A stretch of DNA of 50,316 nucleotides from a virus (lineage: Duplodnaviria; Caudoviricetes). This document shows, piece by piece, positions 35,393-45,768 of this stretch; positions within the stretch are counted from its first letter, which is position 1; each line of letters starts with the position of its first letter. The notes beneath the pieces were generated by a model. It saw only the letters and a list, made by a program, of their open reading frames with translations. It did not search any database and was not told where the DNA came from. The translations under genes were made by a program, and so were the position numbers. The stretch covers positions 1-50,316 of IMG/VR virus record IMGVR_UViG_3300049220_000010; one strand, written 5' to 3'.

Positions 35393-35992
35393 TTAATTGA
35401 TTTTGTTATAAACGTATCCTAAATCAGTGTTGTCGAGTTTTACCTGTGTATAGATTTCACCCAAATTCACTCCTGTTTCCATTAGCTGGTTTTCTTGTAT
35501 TCTTACAGAAAAAGAAATAGAACCCATTTTCACGAAATTACTATCCTCTTTTTGTTGGCTTTCGAAAAAAGTAAAGTTTTCAAAAGCAGTTCCACCGATA
35601 AATCCCGGAGGTAAACCGAGCGTCTTATATTGAGTATGTTGAAGAATGTAACGGACAATTCCTAAATACTTATGCAATTTAAATGCTGAATTTTCTGAAC
35701 CACTTTGCCCGCTTCCTGCAAACCCTTTGGAAAAAATATCAATAACATAAAACGTTTTTCCTTGCGAATCTTTTTGCGTTTTTTGGTCGTAGTTACCTGA
35801 ATCCAATTGTATATTTATAACAAGTTCTTCACCGTCCGAAATAGGGATTGTTCTTTCTAAAAAAACACCAACTTCTTCGGGGAGACGTAATGGTTGTTTT
35901 GTTTTTTGATTCTCTATTTCTGTTTTAAGAAGCGCGCCGATTGTATCACGAACTATCTCAAAATTCTGCACTGGAATTACTTCTTGTATCAT
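35393..35992 (-). CDS. Tail terminator/neck protein
   Basis: Position upstream of the sheath; 199 aa. Confidence 0.55.
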   Translation of the reverse strand: MIQEVIPVQNFEIVRDTIGALLKTEIENQKTKQPLRLPEEVGVFLERTIPISDGEELVINIQLDSGNYDQKTQKDSQGKTFYVIDIFSKGFAGSGQSGSENSAFKLHKYLGIVRYILQHTQYKTLGLPPGFIGGTAFENFTFFESQQKEDSNFVKMGSISFSVRIQENQLMETGVNLGEIYTQVKLDNTDLGYVYNKIN

Positions 35993-36372
35993 ATTTTTAA
36001 ATCACCTAATATACAAACTATTAATCCGAAAGTTTCACTTGGAAATGTTTCATTTATAATGTATGTTTTAACAATTCCAGTCGCGTCTTTTACTTCGACT
36101 TTATGGTTTTGCATGTTCACATTTCCTGTTCTTGCATCTCTTGTCACGTATCCTAAAGCGTTCAACTCTTGCTCATTTATGCAAATATGTGCGCTTTTTG
36201 AATTCATTGGTACTCCATCCGTGTCATAAGATATCCAATGTTTCGTATGTAAGCCTTTGATATTTACTAAAAATCCGGAGGTATTTGTAAGCACAATGTC
36301 CTCCTCAAAACCTCCGGATGTTATTATAGAATGAGCGTCTTTTCTTGCTTGAAGCAAAAGACTTCCAGACAT
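35989..36372 (-). CDS. Head-closure/neck protein
   Basis: Position between capsid genes and tail terminator. Confidence 0.55.
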   Translation of the reverse strand: MSGSLLLQARKDAHSIITSGGFEEDIVLTNTSGFLVNIKGLHTKHWISYDTDGVPMNSKSAHICINEQELNALGYVTRDARTGNVNMQNHKVEVKDATGIVKTYIINETFPSETFGLIVCILGDLKI

Positions 36373-36758
36373 TACTCTTTTTCTTTATTCAGTTCGTCGT
36401 TATCTTCAAGCAACTTAATTAAATCCGCATTTACAGCTTCTGCATCGAAAGAAATTTCTCTCTTTGTTAGTTCAGCCTGCAATTCGTCTTTTTTCATTTG
36501 CTTGTAAGTTTTTACAACTATTCCAGCTCCGGCTCCTCCATTTGCTCCTAATGGATTTGGTAATTCAAATCCTTCATCTCCCTCGCCTTCTTTTCGTAGA
36601 GTTTCTAATTCACTTTTCGATGGTCTTTTAATAAAACCTTTTTCGATTAAATCTTCGGCTGATGATGCAAGTTCGTCTTCTGATACGAAATCATTTCCTT
36701 TTGCGACTTTATTGTTTTTGAGCAATAATTCAACAACTGTTACTTTATATTTTTTCAT
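36372..36758 (-). CDS. HeH/LEM(SAP)-like domain protein
   Basis: ATG 36758 (MKKYKV); C-terminal KQMKKDELQAELTKREISFD..ADLIKLL. Confidence 0.7.
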   Translation of the reverse strand: MKKYKVTVVELLLKNNKVAKGNDFVSEDELASSAEDLIEKGFIKRPSKSELETLRKEGEGDEGFELPNPLGANGGAGAGIVVKTYKQMKKDELQAELTKREISFDAEAVNADLIKLLEDNDELNKEKE

Positions 36759-36768
36759 TATTTTGAAA

Positions 36769-37836
36769 TTAAGCGGTTTTAATTGTGTACATTCTGTCAA
36801 TAGAGACAGGAATTACAAGAGGAGCAGAAGAGATAATGAAATCCCAAGCCATTTTCACTTGATCAATTACGTCTCTAATATAGAACTCTCCTTCTACTGG
36901 AGCAACATACTGTCCTGAAACATTGTCACCTAAAATCGCAGGTACTCCAGCAAATGCTGTTTTTCCTTTGAAGTCGTTTGCTACCATGACAACGTTATCA
37001 GCGTCGATATAAGTTTTTGTTACACCGTCAGCAGGATCTTTGTAAGACTCATTGTACGTCCAAAGGTTGTAAATATAATCTTGACCAGCGATTTGACCTT
37101 GAAAAACCATTCCTGTAACGTTGTCAAATTGAGGCATGTTAATGTCTAATCTTTTAATATTAGTCCATTCAGCCTGTTCTTTAACCTCAGGGTGTTTTTT
37201 AAAGTTATTGAATGCAGAAGAGCCCATAATTACGTTGATGGTAGTAGCTCCGGAAAGCCCCTCTTGACGTAAGAATAAAGCACCTTTGTCCAAGTCAGCA
37301 AGAGGTGTTGAAGTAGTTGCGCTCCAAACTGCTGCACCTGTAAGAACTGGCATTGAAGCAGCTTGTCTTTTAAAGTCAATATTGTCTCCGTTTTTCAGCT
37401 TAACAATACCTGATTGAACCACTTGCGAACGTTGTAATTCGATTGCTCTTAAAATCATGTTTTTGATCTTTCTGATCTTATCAGAAGCGTCATTTAGCAA
37501 TAATCGAGCATCAATTCTTGTTGGTGCATTTCCTTGAGCAAATGTTTCGTCATATCTTTGGCAAGCTGTAAAATCGAACGATTCATTATAATAAGGAGGT
37601 TGAAAAATTTTCTCCATTGAGTGAGAAAATGTATTTCTATTCGGGTCGGTGCATCGTTGAACATCAACAGCAACTAATTGCAAATTTCTTTCTACTTCAA
37701 TAGAAACGAATTTTGTATTTGTAGTTACTGACGGGAACAAAGATTGCAGACCTTGTTTCGGTGTTTCATCGTCACTAAATGTGGCGATTAATGTTTGGGT
37801 AATCCCTCGTCTGTGTTGGTTTAATGTAATTGCCAT
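36769..37836 (-). CDS. Major capsid protein (lambda gpE-like)
   Basis: 355 aa; FQPPY, IDFKR, PLADL and SAPLVIP; follows decoration and protease genes. Confidence 0.85.
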   Translation of the reverse strand: MAITLNQHRRGITQTLIATFSDDETPKQGLQSLFPSVTTNTKFVSIEVERNLQLVAVDVQRCTDPNRNTFSHSMEKIFQPPYYNESFDFTACQRYDETFAQGNAPTRIDARLLLNDASDKIRKIKNMILRAIELQRSQVVQSGIVKLKNGDNIDFKRQAASMPVLTGAAVWSATTSTPLADLDKGALFLRQEGLSGATTINVIMGSSAFNNFKKHPEVKEQAEWTNIKRLDINMPQFDNVTGMVFQGQIAGQDYIYNLWTYNESYKDPADGVTKTYIDADNVVMVANDFKGKTAFAGVPAILGDNVSGQYVAPVEGEFYIRDVIDQVKMAWDFIISSAPLVIPVSIDRMYTIKTA

Positions 37837-37844
37837 TTCTTTAT

Positions 37845-38300
37845 TTAGTTTTCGATTTTAGTATGTTCTCTTGCACTCGTGTCAATATGCAATCCAAGAG
37901 ATTCAAGAACGTCAGATAACGACTTGTCTCCATCTGTTAACGCAACGGTTGTATTTAGTGTTACTCCAGAAGGAAGAACTAAAAGATTTCCATCAATTGT
38001 TCCTTTTGTGCAAATATTCATACTTACTGTTCCATTGTTTGCAATATCCAAAGGTCCTTCAAATGCAGAGATTCCGATTACTTGTGGCAATCCTGATGCA
38101 TCTACAATTGGTAAAAATCCATTTGGTACAGCAGAGTCTCTCATAATAAGTTGACCAGCCTTAGCTTCGAAAGCAGCACCTGTGTTATTCTTGAAAATTC
38201 CTTCTTTAAATCTGTTATCAAAGATAAAAATCGGTTGACTTGACGTAATAACAGCAGTAGATTGGTTTCTTGTAGCGGTTGTTTGTTGTACTGTACTCAT
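37845..38300 (-). CDS. Head decoration protein (gpD-like)
   Basis: Position between protease and major capsid protein; size. Confidence 0.65.
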   Translation of the reverse strand: MSTVQQTTATRNQSTAVITSSQPIFIFDNRFKEGIFKNNTGAAFEAKAGQLIMRDSAVPNGFLPIVDASGLPQVIGISAFEGPLDIANNGTVSMNICTKGTIDGNLLVLPSGVTLNTTVALTDGDKSLSDVLESLGLHIDTSAREHTKIEN

Positions 38301-38305
38301 TTCAA

Positions 38306-39598
38306 TTATTTTAAAATGTTAGCATAAAATTCAGTAGCCTCTTTTTCTTCTTCTGCCACTTCTTCAGTTGCAGTTGTTGAAGCAGGCGTTGTTCCAGTTT
38401 GTGGAGCATCGTTCTCCATTTTTGCTACTCTGGCAGATGAAGCCGCTTTCACAATTAATTGCTCCCTCTGTGCGCCTGTAATTGCTAAGCCGGACTCAAT
38501 GCCTTTAGATACCATTTCAGGGTCAGTTGTAGAGTGAGCCATCCAAGTTCCTACTCTGTCTTTTTCCGAAGCAACTCCAGCGTTGAAAATGCTGTTATAA
38601 GTTTCCGGATGCTGTTGTTTTAGTTCGTCAACTGTCATTTTGTTTTGAATTTTAGAATTGTTATTTTGATTATTTTTGTTTGTCGGTTTTGCAAAATCAG
38701 ACTTATACTCTACCATTGTTTCTTCAACAACTTCGTTAAATGATTTTAATCCATCGATAAAAGTACCAACAGAATCTTTTGAGAATTTTGTATGTCCGTT
38801 ATCGTAACCAGTGCCTTTTAAAGCTGGTCTATTTTCAACCATTTTATTTAAAAACCTTTCGTTAATAGGATCAAGCATTTCATCTATAATAATTTTATAA
38901 TTATCATGATTTAAAGCCTCTTCAAATGCCTTGTTTTTTTCGGTTGATTTAGAAGCATATATACGAATGTGTTTTACTCCATTCGGATCTTCCGTGTTTG
39001 CTTTCCTGCCATCAAATTCGACCATTGTTCCAGCAGATCCAACAATATTCATTTCGTGTTCAGAATAAATTTTTCCCGTTGCTGCTAAAATACCATACAT
39101 CGCAGAAGCTGCCATTCCTCCTTTTGAAATAACACTGTTTACTGGCTTAGTTTTTCTAATTTCAGCAATAGTCTCGGTCATTATTTCAACAGCCATAGAT
39201 GATCCACCTCCTGAATTAGCTACGATTACAAAACCTTTAATCCTGTCGTCAGCAGCCATTTTTTTCATATTAGAAGAAATGTAATCAATTCCATAAGAAG
39301 ACATTCCGCCTGATACCGTAATAGGTCCATTTATATTAACAACTCCTATCGCTTCAAAACTTTCTTTGCTGTCTAATTGTCCGGGACTCCAATAAGGTCC
39401 ATAAGGTCGATCAACTACTTTTGTAGCCGAGTTAATGTCGTATAAAGAAATAGAATTGTATTTTTGCTCAGGCATTTCCATCTCAACTCCAGAACGTGCA
39501 TTATCTAATAATGCTGAAAGGGCTGGAAAGGAATGAGCATCCACCAACCACGGAGTAAACCCGTAAATTTCTTTCGCTAATTGAAAATTTATTTTCAT
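38306..39598 (-). CDS. S49-family head maturation protease with scaffold C-terminus
   Basis: ANSGGGS, GGMAASAMY and VGSAG motifs; low-complexity linker before MTVDELKQQHP. Confidence 0.9.
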   Translation of the reverse strand: MKINFQLAKEIYGFTPWLVDAHSFPALSALLDNARSGVEMEMPEQKYNSISLYDINSATKVVDRPYGPYWSPGQLDSKESFEAIGVVNINGPITVSGGMSSYGIDYISSNMKKMAADDRIKGFVIVANSGGGSSMAVEIMTETIAEIRKTKPVNSVISKGGMAASAMYGILAATGKIYSEHEMNIVGSAGTMVEFDGRKANTEDPNGVKHIRIYASKSTEKNKAFEEALNHDNYKIIIDEMLDPINERFLNKMVENRPALKGTGYDNGHTKFSKDSVGTFIDGLKSFNEVVEETMVEYKSDFAKPTNKNNQNNNSKIQNKMTVDELKQQHPETYNSIFNAGVASEKDRVGTWMAHSTTDPEMVSKGIESGLAITGAQREQLIVKAASSARVAKMENDAPQTGTTPASTTATEEVAEEEKEATEFYANILK

Positions 39599-39618
39599 TG
39601 TAAATGAATAATTTTGTA

Positions 39619-39626
39619 CAAATATA
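39619..39626 (-). promoter_or_regulatory. -7 element upstream of the protease/capsid genes
   Basis: TATATTTG 20 nt before the ATG; no -33 TTTG. Confidence 0.5.
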
Positions 39627-39686
39627 TAAAAAAAAGATAATAAAAAAAGATATTTCCTAATAAAATCATAAAAAATATGTGATTAA

Positions 39687-40175
39687 TTAAATAATCACAT
39701 ATCCTTGTTTATCAGTTTTGGCAATTTTTAAATCTCTCCAATTATATTGTTTGCCTGATTTGTTTAATTTCTCAAAATGAGGTAAATCTTTGAACGTTTT
39801 CCAATCGCCTCCCCAGTTCCAACCATGTGCTTTGAAAATCTTTACAATCTCCATCCAGTCGGCTACCCTGTCACTATCCCAATCTTTTACCGTATCCCAA
39901 CTCGCGTCTTTTCCGTCAATAATTAAAACAATATCAACGGCTAATCCATAATTATGAATACTTTGTCCTGCTTTCGCATTAGTTACTTTTCTACCTTTTA
40001 AACTTCTGCCAATTGCATAAAGTGCATCCTGTTCAGCAAATGTTCGCAAGCCTTGTGAAATTCTTACTTTTGCTCTTCCTGTTAAAGCTTTATCGCATTC
40101 AGCAATAATTTGTTCAACTTCTTTTCTTACTGACGGATGAAGAACATCAATCCTTTGTTTAGTTACTTTGTCCAT
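39687..40175 (-). CDS. Endolysin, M15 family (L-Ala-D-Glu peptidase type)
   Basis: GLRTFAEQDALYAIGR, SIHNYGLAVD and WGGDW..DLPHFE motifs; ATG 40175. Confidence 0.9.
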   Translation of the reverse strand: MDKVTKQRIDVLHPSVRKEVEQIIAECDKALTGRAKVRISQGLRTFAEQDALYAIGRSLKGRKVTNAKAGQSIHNYGLAVDIVLIIDGKDASWDTVKDWDSDRVADWMEIVKIFKAHGWNWGGDWKTFKDLPHFEKLNKSGKQYNWRDLKIAKTDKQGYVII

Positions 40176-40776
40176 TTTTAAACATTTTTTTAATGAAGTT
40201 AGGTATATATCCACCTATTAGATTTCGGAAATACCATATAAGAATTAAAACTATTACCACAATTACACCACAAACATAAATATTAAAAGGAAAACCTGTT
40301 GATTTTACTTTCGTGTTTACGTGTTTCGCTTCTTTTGCTACTTCTTTTATCGTTTTTTGTGATACTGTTTCTCGTACAACCTTTGCAACCTTGTTGACTT
40401 CTTCAGTTTTTTCTTTAACTGTTTCTTTTTTGTCTTCTTGATTCCATTTGTTTCTAAATATAAAATCAGCATTCCCATTTATCGATATTGCTTGTAATGT
40501 GTCACCATTTTGAACATTATAATATGTAAAATCATTTGCAGAGTCCGTTTTGCCATTAATTTGTATTTCGCCTGAATTTTGATTGTGTTTTAATAACACA
40601 TCTTTTTCATTCTTTTTAATAGCTTGCAGGTCTTCTTTTGAAGAGTTTGTTTTAGTTGTTTCTGTTTCAACTCTTTCGATTTCTGCACCTTTAGAATATT
40701 CAGTTATTTTTAACTTACTCCGGCAACTGTTCGCGATCGTTGCTGCTAGCATTATGAGAATTAATTTCTTGTTCAT
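40159..40776 (-). CDS. Putative unimolecular spanin
   Basis: Lipoprotein signal ending ..IANSC plus a C-terminal TM helix; lies between holin and endolysin. Confidence 0.65.
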   Translation of the reverse strand: MNKKLILIMLAATIANSCRSKLKITEYSKGAEIERVETETTKTNSSKEDLQAIKKNEKDVLLKHNQNSGEIQINGKTDSANDFTYYNVQNGDTLQAISINGNADFIFRNKWNQEDKKETVKEKTEEVNKVAKVVRETVSQKTIKEVAKEAKHVNTKVKSTGFPFNIYVCGVIVVIVLILIWYFRNLIGGYIPNFIKKMFKNGQSN

Positions 40777-41278
40777 TTCTTGCAGTTTTAAAGGTTTCTA
40801 AATCACCAGTTTTGTTAAATTTCTTAAACTTGAGCATTATCCAGTCAGGAGGAAATTTCCCTCTTGTCCATTTTTTCACATTTTCCATCGCAGAGTATGC
40901 AGGATAAGCGAATGTTGTTACTTGTAATAATATCTTGATATACATTGAAACAAAATTTACGTCTTGTACAATCTGATAAAACATTTCAAAAAGAATATAA
41001 CCAACTATACTTCCTCCTACTTTTACAAGCAGCCCGTTCCTGTTTTCTCGCCAAGAAAAATCCTTTTCTATTTTATAATGAACCCAAGAACCAACTCCGT
41101 GATCAATAAATATTGCAACCGCAATAAAAGACATGAATATTTTGTTTTCAACATACCATCCAGTAAAATCTTGAAAGACAGACAGCCCGCCCGCTGGAAT
41201 AGCTGAGACAAGTAAAAGTCCTGTTATTTTTGCTGAAAGAATGTCCATCTTTTCTATTATCATCTTTTTATAATTCAT
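40715..41278 (-). CDS. Putative holin
   Basis: 3-4 TM segments with IDHGVG..KDFS..SAMEN..FPP pattern; upstream of the endolysin. Confidence 0.7.
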   Translation of the reverse strand: MNYKKMIIEKMDILSAKITGLLLVSAIPAGGLSVFQDFTGWYVENKIFMSFIAVAIFIDHGVGSWVHYKIEKDFSWRENRNGLLVKVGGSIVGYILFEMFYQIVQDVNFVSMYIKILLQVTTFAYPAYSAMENVKKWTRGKFPPDWIMLKFKKFNKTGDLETFKTARNEQEINSHNASSNDREQLPE

Positions 41279-41288
41279 TTTTTTTAAC

Positions 41289-43775
41289 TTAGTTGTAAAC
41301 ACGGACTTCAAAAGTTCCGAACTCGCCAGTTAAATCAATCTTGTTTCCAGTATCGCAATCTTGAACAGTTACATAAATTGAGTTATCGTTTGCCCTTCCT
41401 GCGACAAGACATTTCATCGGTCCTATGCCTGAATTTCCTTGGCTTATAGACGCGAATACCGCAACCTTATCAATCGGGAAAGCTCCATTAAGAGTACCTA
41501 TATATTCACCTACGTTTGTTCTCGCCCAAACTATTGCTCCAATATTATTTTCTAAAACTACGAAATTCGGCGATGGAGTTGGTGTTCCTCCAGCTCTTAA
41601 TAAACAAACATATGAAGTGTATGGTCGAATATTTGCGGCAATTTGGTTATCAACATAAATTTTTTGAGTATAATCTAAATTATCAATATTTGCACTTAAA
41701 TCATAGTTGGCTGTTAAACCTCTTGATGTTGTTGGTGTTACAATCTGGATTCCAGTACTTCCGACAACAAGTCGAGATGATGCCGTTGTGACGGTATCTA
41801 ACGATCTGATATCTACTTCACCATCACCAAGTCTTACCCAATTTTGATAACCGAAATCCATATCGTCTCTTCTTAGTCCAACAGCATTACCAACTCTAAT
41901 ATCTCCTGACATTTCGGGAACATTCTCCCCTGAAAGTCTAAGAAAGTTGTCGGTTAAGTATTTCTTTTGAACGTAATCATTATCTAAAATATTTGCTCCG
42001 TAATAAGCTGCTCCGGTAATACCTCTTGAAGATGTTGAGGTGGAAGACACGTTTATTTGAGTTGGTTCAATTTGAAGAGTTGTTTTAAATCCTCCTCCAC
42101 CGGTATCTTCACAATAAATTTCAACAAGACCGTCTTTAAAACCAACAACGCTGTCTGAATTAAATGTGTCGTTTTGGCACATTATTCCAACATTATCGGA
42201 AAATCTTAAATAACCTGTAATATTTTGCGAAGTTCCAGTATATGGAATATATGTATCTTCTGCATCAGTTATTGTTAAATAAGAAGATAGGTCTACAAGC
42301 CCTGAAAGTTTATCCCATCCAGGACTTGACGTTCCGTTAATGTTTTCAACCCAAACATAATTCTCTCCAGTGTCTAAAATATTAAAAACCATACCTTCAA
42401 TATTTGTCTCAGGCGGTCTTGATATTAAGTCAGCATAAGTTGGCAACGATCCAGCTGTCTTATAAACGCTGGACAACATTGAATCAATTTGAGTGCTGTT
42501 GTAATAATTTTGAAATAAAAATCCTCTCTGTACATAATCGAAATTTGAGGTCATAGTATATAAATGAGTACCCCTGATTCCTGTTGAAGGATCAATTAGT
42601 ATATCGTTCACATTCGTACCAGCGTTTCCAACGACAATATATCCATTAATTCTAAACCATCTATCAACGAAGTCACCAGTCACCAAAGCTCTCGAAAGCT
42701 GACCCTGTTGCGGGGAACCAATTGTTCCTTCTTGAGTATCATCAGGTCCGTAACCGCTTAATGTATTGTTGTTATGTATGATTAATTTATTGCTAATTGC
42801 TGCATCGTTGAATCCAGCCCCAATTCCAAAAATAATATTGTTTTGACCCGTAACTCCTTGTCCTGAAAAAGAACCCAAGAATAAATTTCTGTCGCCCATT
42901 GCGGTCGTGTTTCCAGCCTTATAACCAATAAGAGTATTTAGGTTTGAATTTGAGTTATATCCAGAATAAGTTCCGATATAAGTGTTCTTATATCCTGTTG
43001 TATTTTCATTTCCAGACTGCATTCCAGTGAAAACATTGAAATTTCCAGTCGTGTTTTTCTGTCCTGTTAAACCACCTAAGAAAATATTTCTTTTTCCGGT
43101 TGTTGTTGTTTTTCCAGTAAATACTCCTATTCCAATATTATACTCTCCTGATGTTAAGCTTTGTAAAGCTCCATAAGACAAAGAGACGTTATATAATCCA
43201 GATGCTGTTTGACTAAAATCTCCAAAATAATAAGAATAAGTCGGCAAATGAACGCCTATTGCTCCAATTGGACTTCCAGTGTCTGGAGTTGTACCACTTG
43301 AAAGAAAAGAAATTGGTTTGCTTGAATAACTTCCACGAATTGCAACATCATTCAATTTATCTAATGAAGCGAAAGAACTTCTATCTACTAATGCAGGAAC
43401 TCCTTCGGGTGTTGCCACAAAAACTTTCGTAAAAGAAGGGTCTGCTACACCTGCTCCATTTATCCATTCAGATTCGGTGTCTGTTACTTGATACATGTAA
43501 ACGCCAACTCCTGTCGGTGCTTGGATACCACCTGAAATTCCTAAAACTGTTTTCCATAAAACAATTTCTTCAGCAGATAAATTACTAGCATCTTTCAATG
43601 CAAAAGTTCCTCCTTTTATCACCTCACCAATATACAACCAATTTAAAGTACTATTGAAAGGTGCATTTATTCCGCTCTTATTAATATAATAAGAATTTCC
43701 TTGATATACAATGTCGCCGACTTTATATCTTCCGTTCGGGGTCCACTCTTTAGCTGTTAACAGGTTTTGGCTCAT
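41289..43775 (-). CDS. Large fibre-like virion protein
   Basis: N-terminal W..YKVGDIVY..W carbohydrate-binding-like module; Asn/Gly beta-solenoid repeats; three RG..DY(V/T)Q repeats. Confidence 0.6.
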   Translation of the reverse strand: MSQNLLTAKEWTPNGRYKVGDIVYQGNSYYINKSGINAPFNSTLNWLYIGEVIKGGTFALKDASNLSAEEIVLWKTVLGISGGIQAPTGVGVYMYQVTDTESEWINGAGVADPSFTKVFVATPEGVPALVDRSSFASLDKLNDVAIRGSYSSKPISFLSSGTTPDTGSPIGAIGVHLPTYSYYFGDFSQTASGLYNVSLSYGALQSLTSGEYNIGIGVFTGKTTTTGKRNIFLGGLTGQKNTTGNFNVFTGMQSGNENTTGYKNTYIGTYSGYNSNSNLNTLIGYKAGNTTAMGDRNLFLGSFSGQGVTGQNNIIFGIGAGFNDAAISNKLIIHNNNTLSGYGPDDTQEGTIGSPQQGQLSRALVTGDFVDRWFRINGYIVVGNAGTNVNDILIDPSTGIRGTHLYTMTSNFDYVQRGFLFQNYYNSTQIDSMLSSVYKTAGSLPTYADLISRPPETNIEGMVFNILDTGENYVWVENINGTSSPGWDKLSGLVDLSSYLTITDAEDTYIPYTGTSQNITGYLRFSDNVGIMCQNDTFNSDSVVGFKDGLVEIYCEDTGGGGFKTTLQIEPTQINVSSTSTSSRGITGAAYYGANILDNDYVQKKYLTDNFLRLSGENVPEMSGDIRVGNAVGLRRDDMDFGYQNWVRLGDGEVDIRSLDTVTTASSRLVVGSTGIQIVTPTTSRGLTANYDLSANIDNLDYTQKIYVDNQIAANIRPYTSYVCLLRAGGTPTPSPNFVVLENNIGAIVWARTNVGEYIGTLNGAFPIDKVAVFASISQGNSGIGPMKCLVAGRANDNSIYVTVQDCDTGNKIDLTGEFGTFEVRVYN

Positions 43776-45402
43776 CTTTTAATTTTTCTAATGGTTGTAA
43801 ACTTTTTAATTCTTCTAAGTATTTCGTAAGGTTTTCACTCCAGTTTCCTTGATTTAATAATTCAGCAGCTTGATCCATGCTGATTATAGGTGGAATTCCA
43901 AGTGCTGGATTTCCAAGCATTTCACGGACGGCTTTGACTTCTTTAAGCGGATCAATATGAGGCATGTTAGAGCCTGTAAACCTTGAAGAAGTGTATGCTT
44001 CAAGTGCCATAAAGTTGTTTTGATCTAACGCTTTTAAATATCCGGGAGCAACTATTTTTCCTTTTAATATCTCTAATTCTAACCATAGAGAATAAATTGG
44101 TCCGTAAAATTGTTGCGTAAAATCATCTCTGTAAACCTCAACAATGTATTGCCAGCCGTTTATCGCTGCTCTTGATGCGGAGTAGTTTGAATTATATTGT
44201 TGTAAGGCTACCTCAGGAGGTATATCAACAGCAGCGCAGAGTTGCACAAAAACTCCTTTGAAAAAAGGTTCATAATGTAATTCCTGATTAGACTCTAAAG
44301 CTATTAATTTCGAACCAATTGGCATATTGAACGCCTGTTTATTCGTTGTTAATTTGATATTTTTAGTTACTGTTTCAGCAATTTCGTAAGGGTCAGTAAT
44401 AGCATCACCAGCAGTCTCCATGAAGTTTTTCTTCATTGCATCTATAATCGGGTTTTCACCTGTTGAGTTTTGGTTATGCTCCACTGAATAAACGATTTTA
44501 GCTCTTTCCTCAGCACCTGCAACAGAAGCTTCTGTATATCGGTCAAGCTTGCTTACTTTCTCAAGTATGGAAGCGATTTGCGGTATTCCCCTATGATGAT
44601 TAATTCGGTGCTTAGTACCATATAACATCCAAGCGAAATTTTTACCTGAATTCTCTCCCTTGCAAGGAATACGCTCAATAGTTATTTCTTTAAGCTTTCT
44701 GAAACGGACGAAATATGCAATATGTTCGCCACGTTCATTCATTTCAATACCTTGCTCAATGAAACATCCTCGAGATTTGGCGTCGTTATAAAATTTATCT
44801 TCGGCAGGATTAACAACTTCTTGACCGTCTATAACTTGAACATTTAAAACTTTGTTTTCAACCCGACAGATAACTAAGCAATCTCCTCCAAGAAAGGCGG
44901 TTCTAAAAGCTTCTCTTGCTCGCATGTGAAGATTCGCTTGTTTTGAAAAATCACTATATTTGCTTTTCGCATATATTTCAAATCTTTCTTCTGCAAATTT
45001 TCTAAACTGCTCAAGATCGTCATTTATTCCTTCACTTTGTAAAACTAACTTATTAGGTTCTGATTGCAAGTTTAAACCCGTGCCAATAACCCATTTGAAA
45101 AACTTACCCGTAATAATCTTAACAACGTCCGTTTTCAAGTCCGCCTCATACGCTCTAAGTCTAAGAGATTGGTGCATCGGAACTACATTAATAGGTACTC
45201 CCAATTCTCCTTTGGTTTTTTCTCCATCGAATGGCACGTTCATTGCCATTGGATACCACGGACCAAAGTCAGCCCCAAAATAATTGGACTGACTTTTGAT
45301 CTTATTTTTTTTCTGTTGTGGTATATTTTCAGGCGTCGGTATAGAGGAAGTGAATCCTAAATAGTCGGTAATTTTGCCGATTAATGTATTTTGTTTTTTC
45401 AT
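43750..45402 (-). CDS. Portal protein, lambda family
   Basis: VIGTGL, GIEMNERGEHIAYFV, RGIP, NYSASRAA and HIDPLKEVKA motifs. Confidence 0.95.
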   Translation of the reverse strand: MKKQNTLIGKITDYLGFTSSIPTPENIPQQKKNKIKSQSNYFGADFGPWYPMAMNVPFDGEKTKGELGVPINVVPMHQSLRLRAYEADLKTDVVKIITGKFFKWVIGTGLNLQSEPNKLVLQSEGINDDLEQFRKFAEERFEIYAKSKYSDFSKQANLHMRAREAFRTAFLGGDCLVICRVENKVLNVQVIDGQEVVNPAEDKFYNDAKSRGCFIEQGIEMNERGEHIAYFVRFRKLKEITIERIPCKGENSGKNFAWMLYGTKHRINHHRGIPQIASILEKVSKLDRYTEASVAGAEERAKIVYSVEHNQNSTGENPIIDAMKKNFMETAGDAITDPYEIAETVTKNIKLTTNKQAFNMPIGSKLIALESNQELHYEPFFKGVFVQLCAAVDIPPEVALQQYNSNYSASRAAINGWQYIVEVYRDDFTQQFYGPIYSLWLELEILKGKIVAPGYLKALDQNNFMALEAYTSSRFTGSNMPHIDPLKEVKAVREMLGNPALGIPPIISMDQAAELLNQGNWSENLTKYLEELKSLQPLEKLKDEPKPVNS

Positions 45403-45710
45403 CTGAATCTTTTAAAAGATGATACGTCTCTTAATACAACGCTTCTTCCATTCATTCTATTTATATACTGGTTTTTAATTTGTTCCAGCAAGTTGATTCC
45501 GTTTGCAAGTTGTGTAATAGATAAATATGTAGTCTTTACTTTTATTTGTCCATCATCTAACTGATATTCGTTAATCCCAGTAGAAGCCCCCGTCTGTTGC
45601 TCCATAAGAGAGAAAAGCATTTTATCAATTAAAGCGTCAATTGCTATAATCTTTGCTCTGTAATCTGGATACATAGCAATATATTCGGGTATTGTACATT
45701 CGCAAGCCAT
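45399..45710 (-). CDS. Head-tail joining protein (gpW-like)
   Basis: EYQLDDGQ..KTTY pattern; immediately upstream of the portal. Confidence 0.6.
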   Translation of the reverse strand: MACECTIPEYIAMYPDYRAKIIAIDALIDKMLFSLMEQQTGASTGINEYQLDDGQIKVKTTYLSITQLANGINLLEQIKNQYINRMNGRSVVLRDVSSFKRFR

Positions 45711-45768
45711 AATAAGACAAAAGTAAAGTTATTTTTTAAGTCAAAAAACATTTAATTAATTTATTTAT

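Noticed and set aside
25797-43775. Diversity-generating retroelement or invertible fibre cassette
   Set aside because: No reverse transcriptase or invertase, and no template/variable repeat pair noticed
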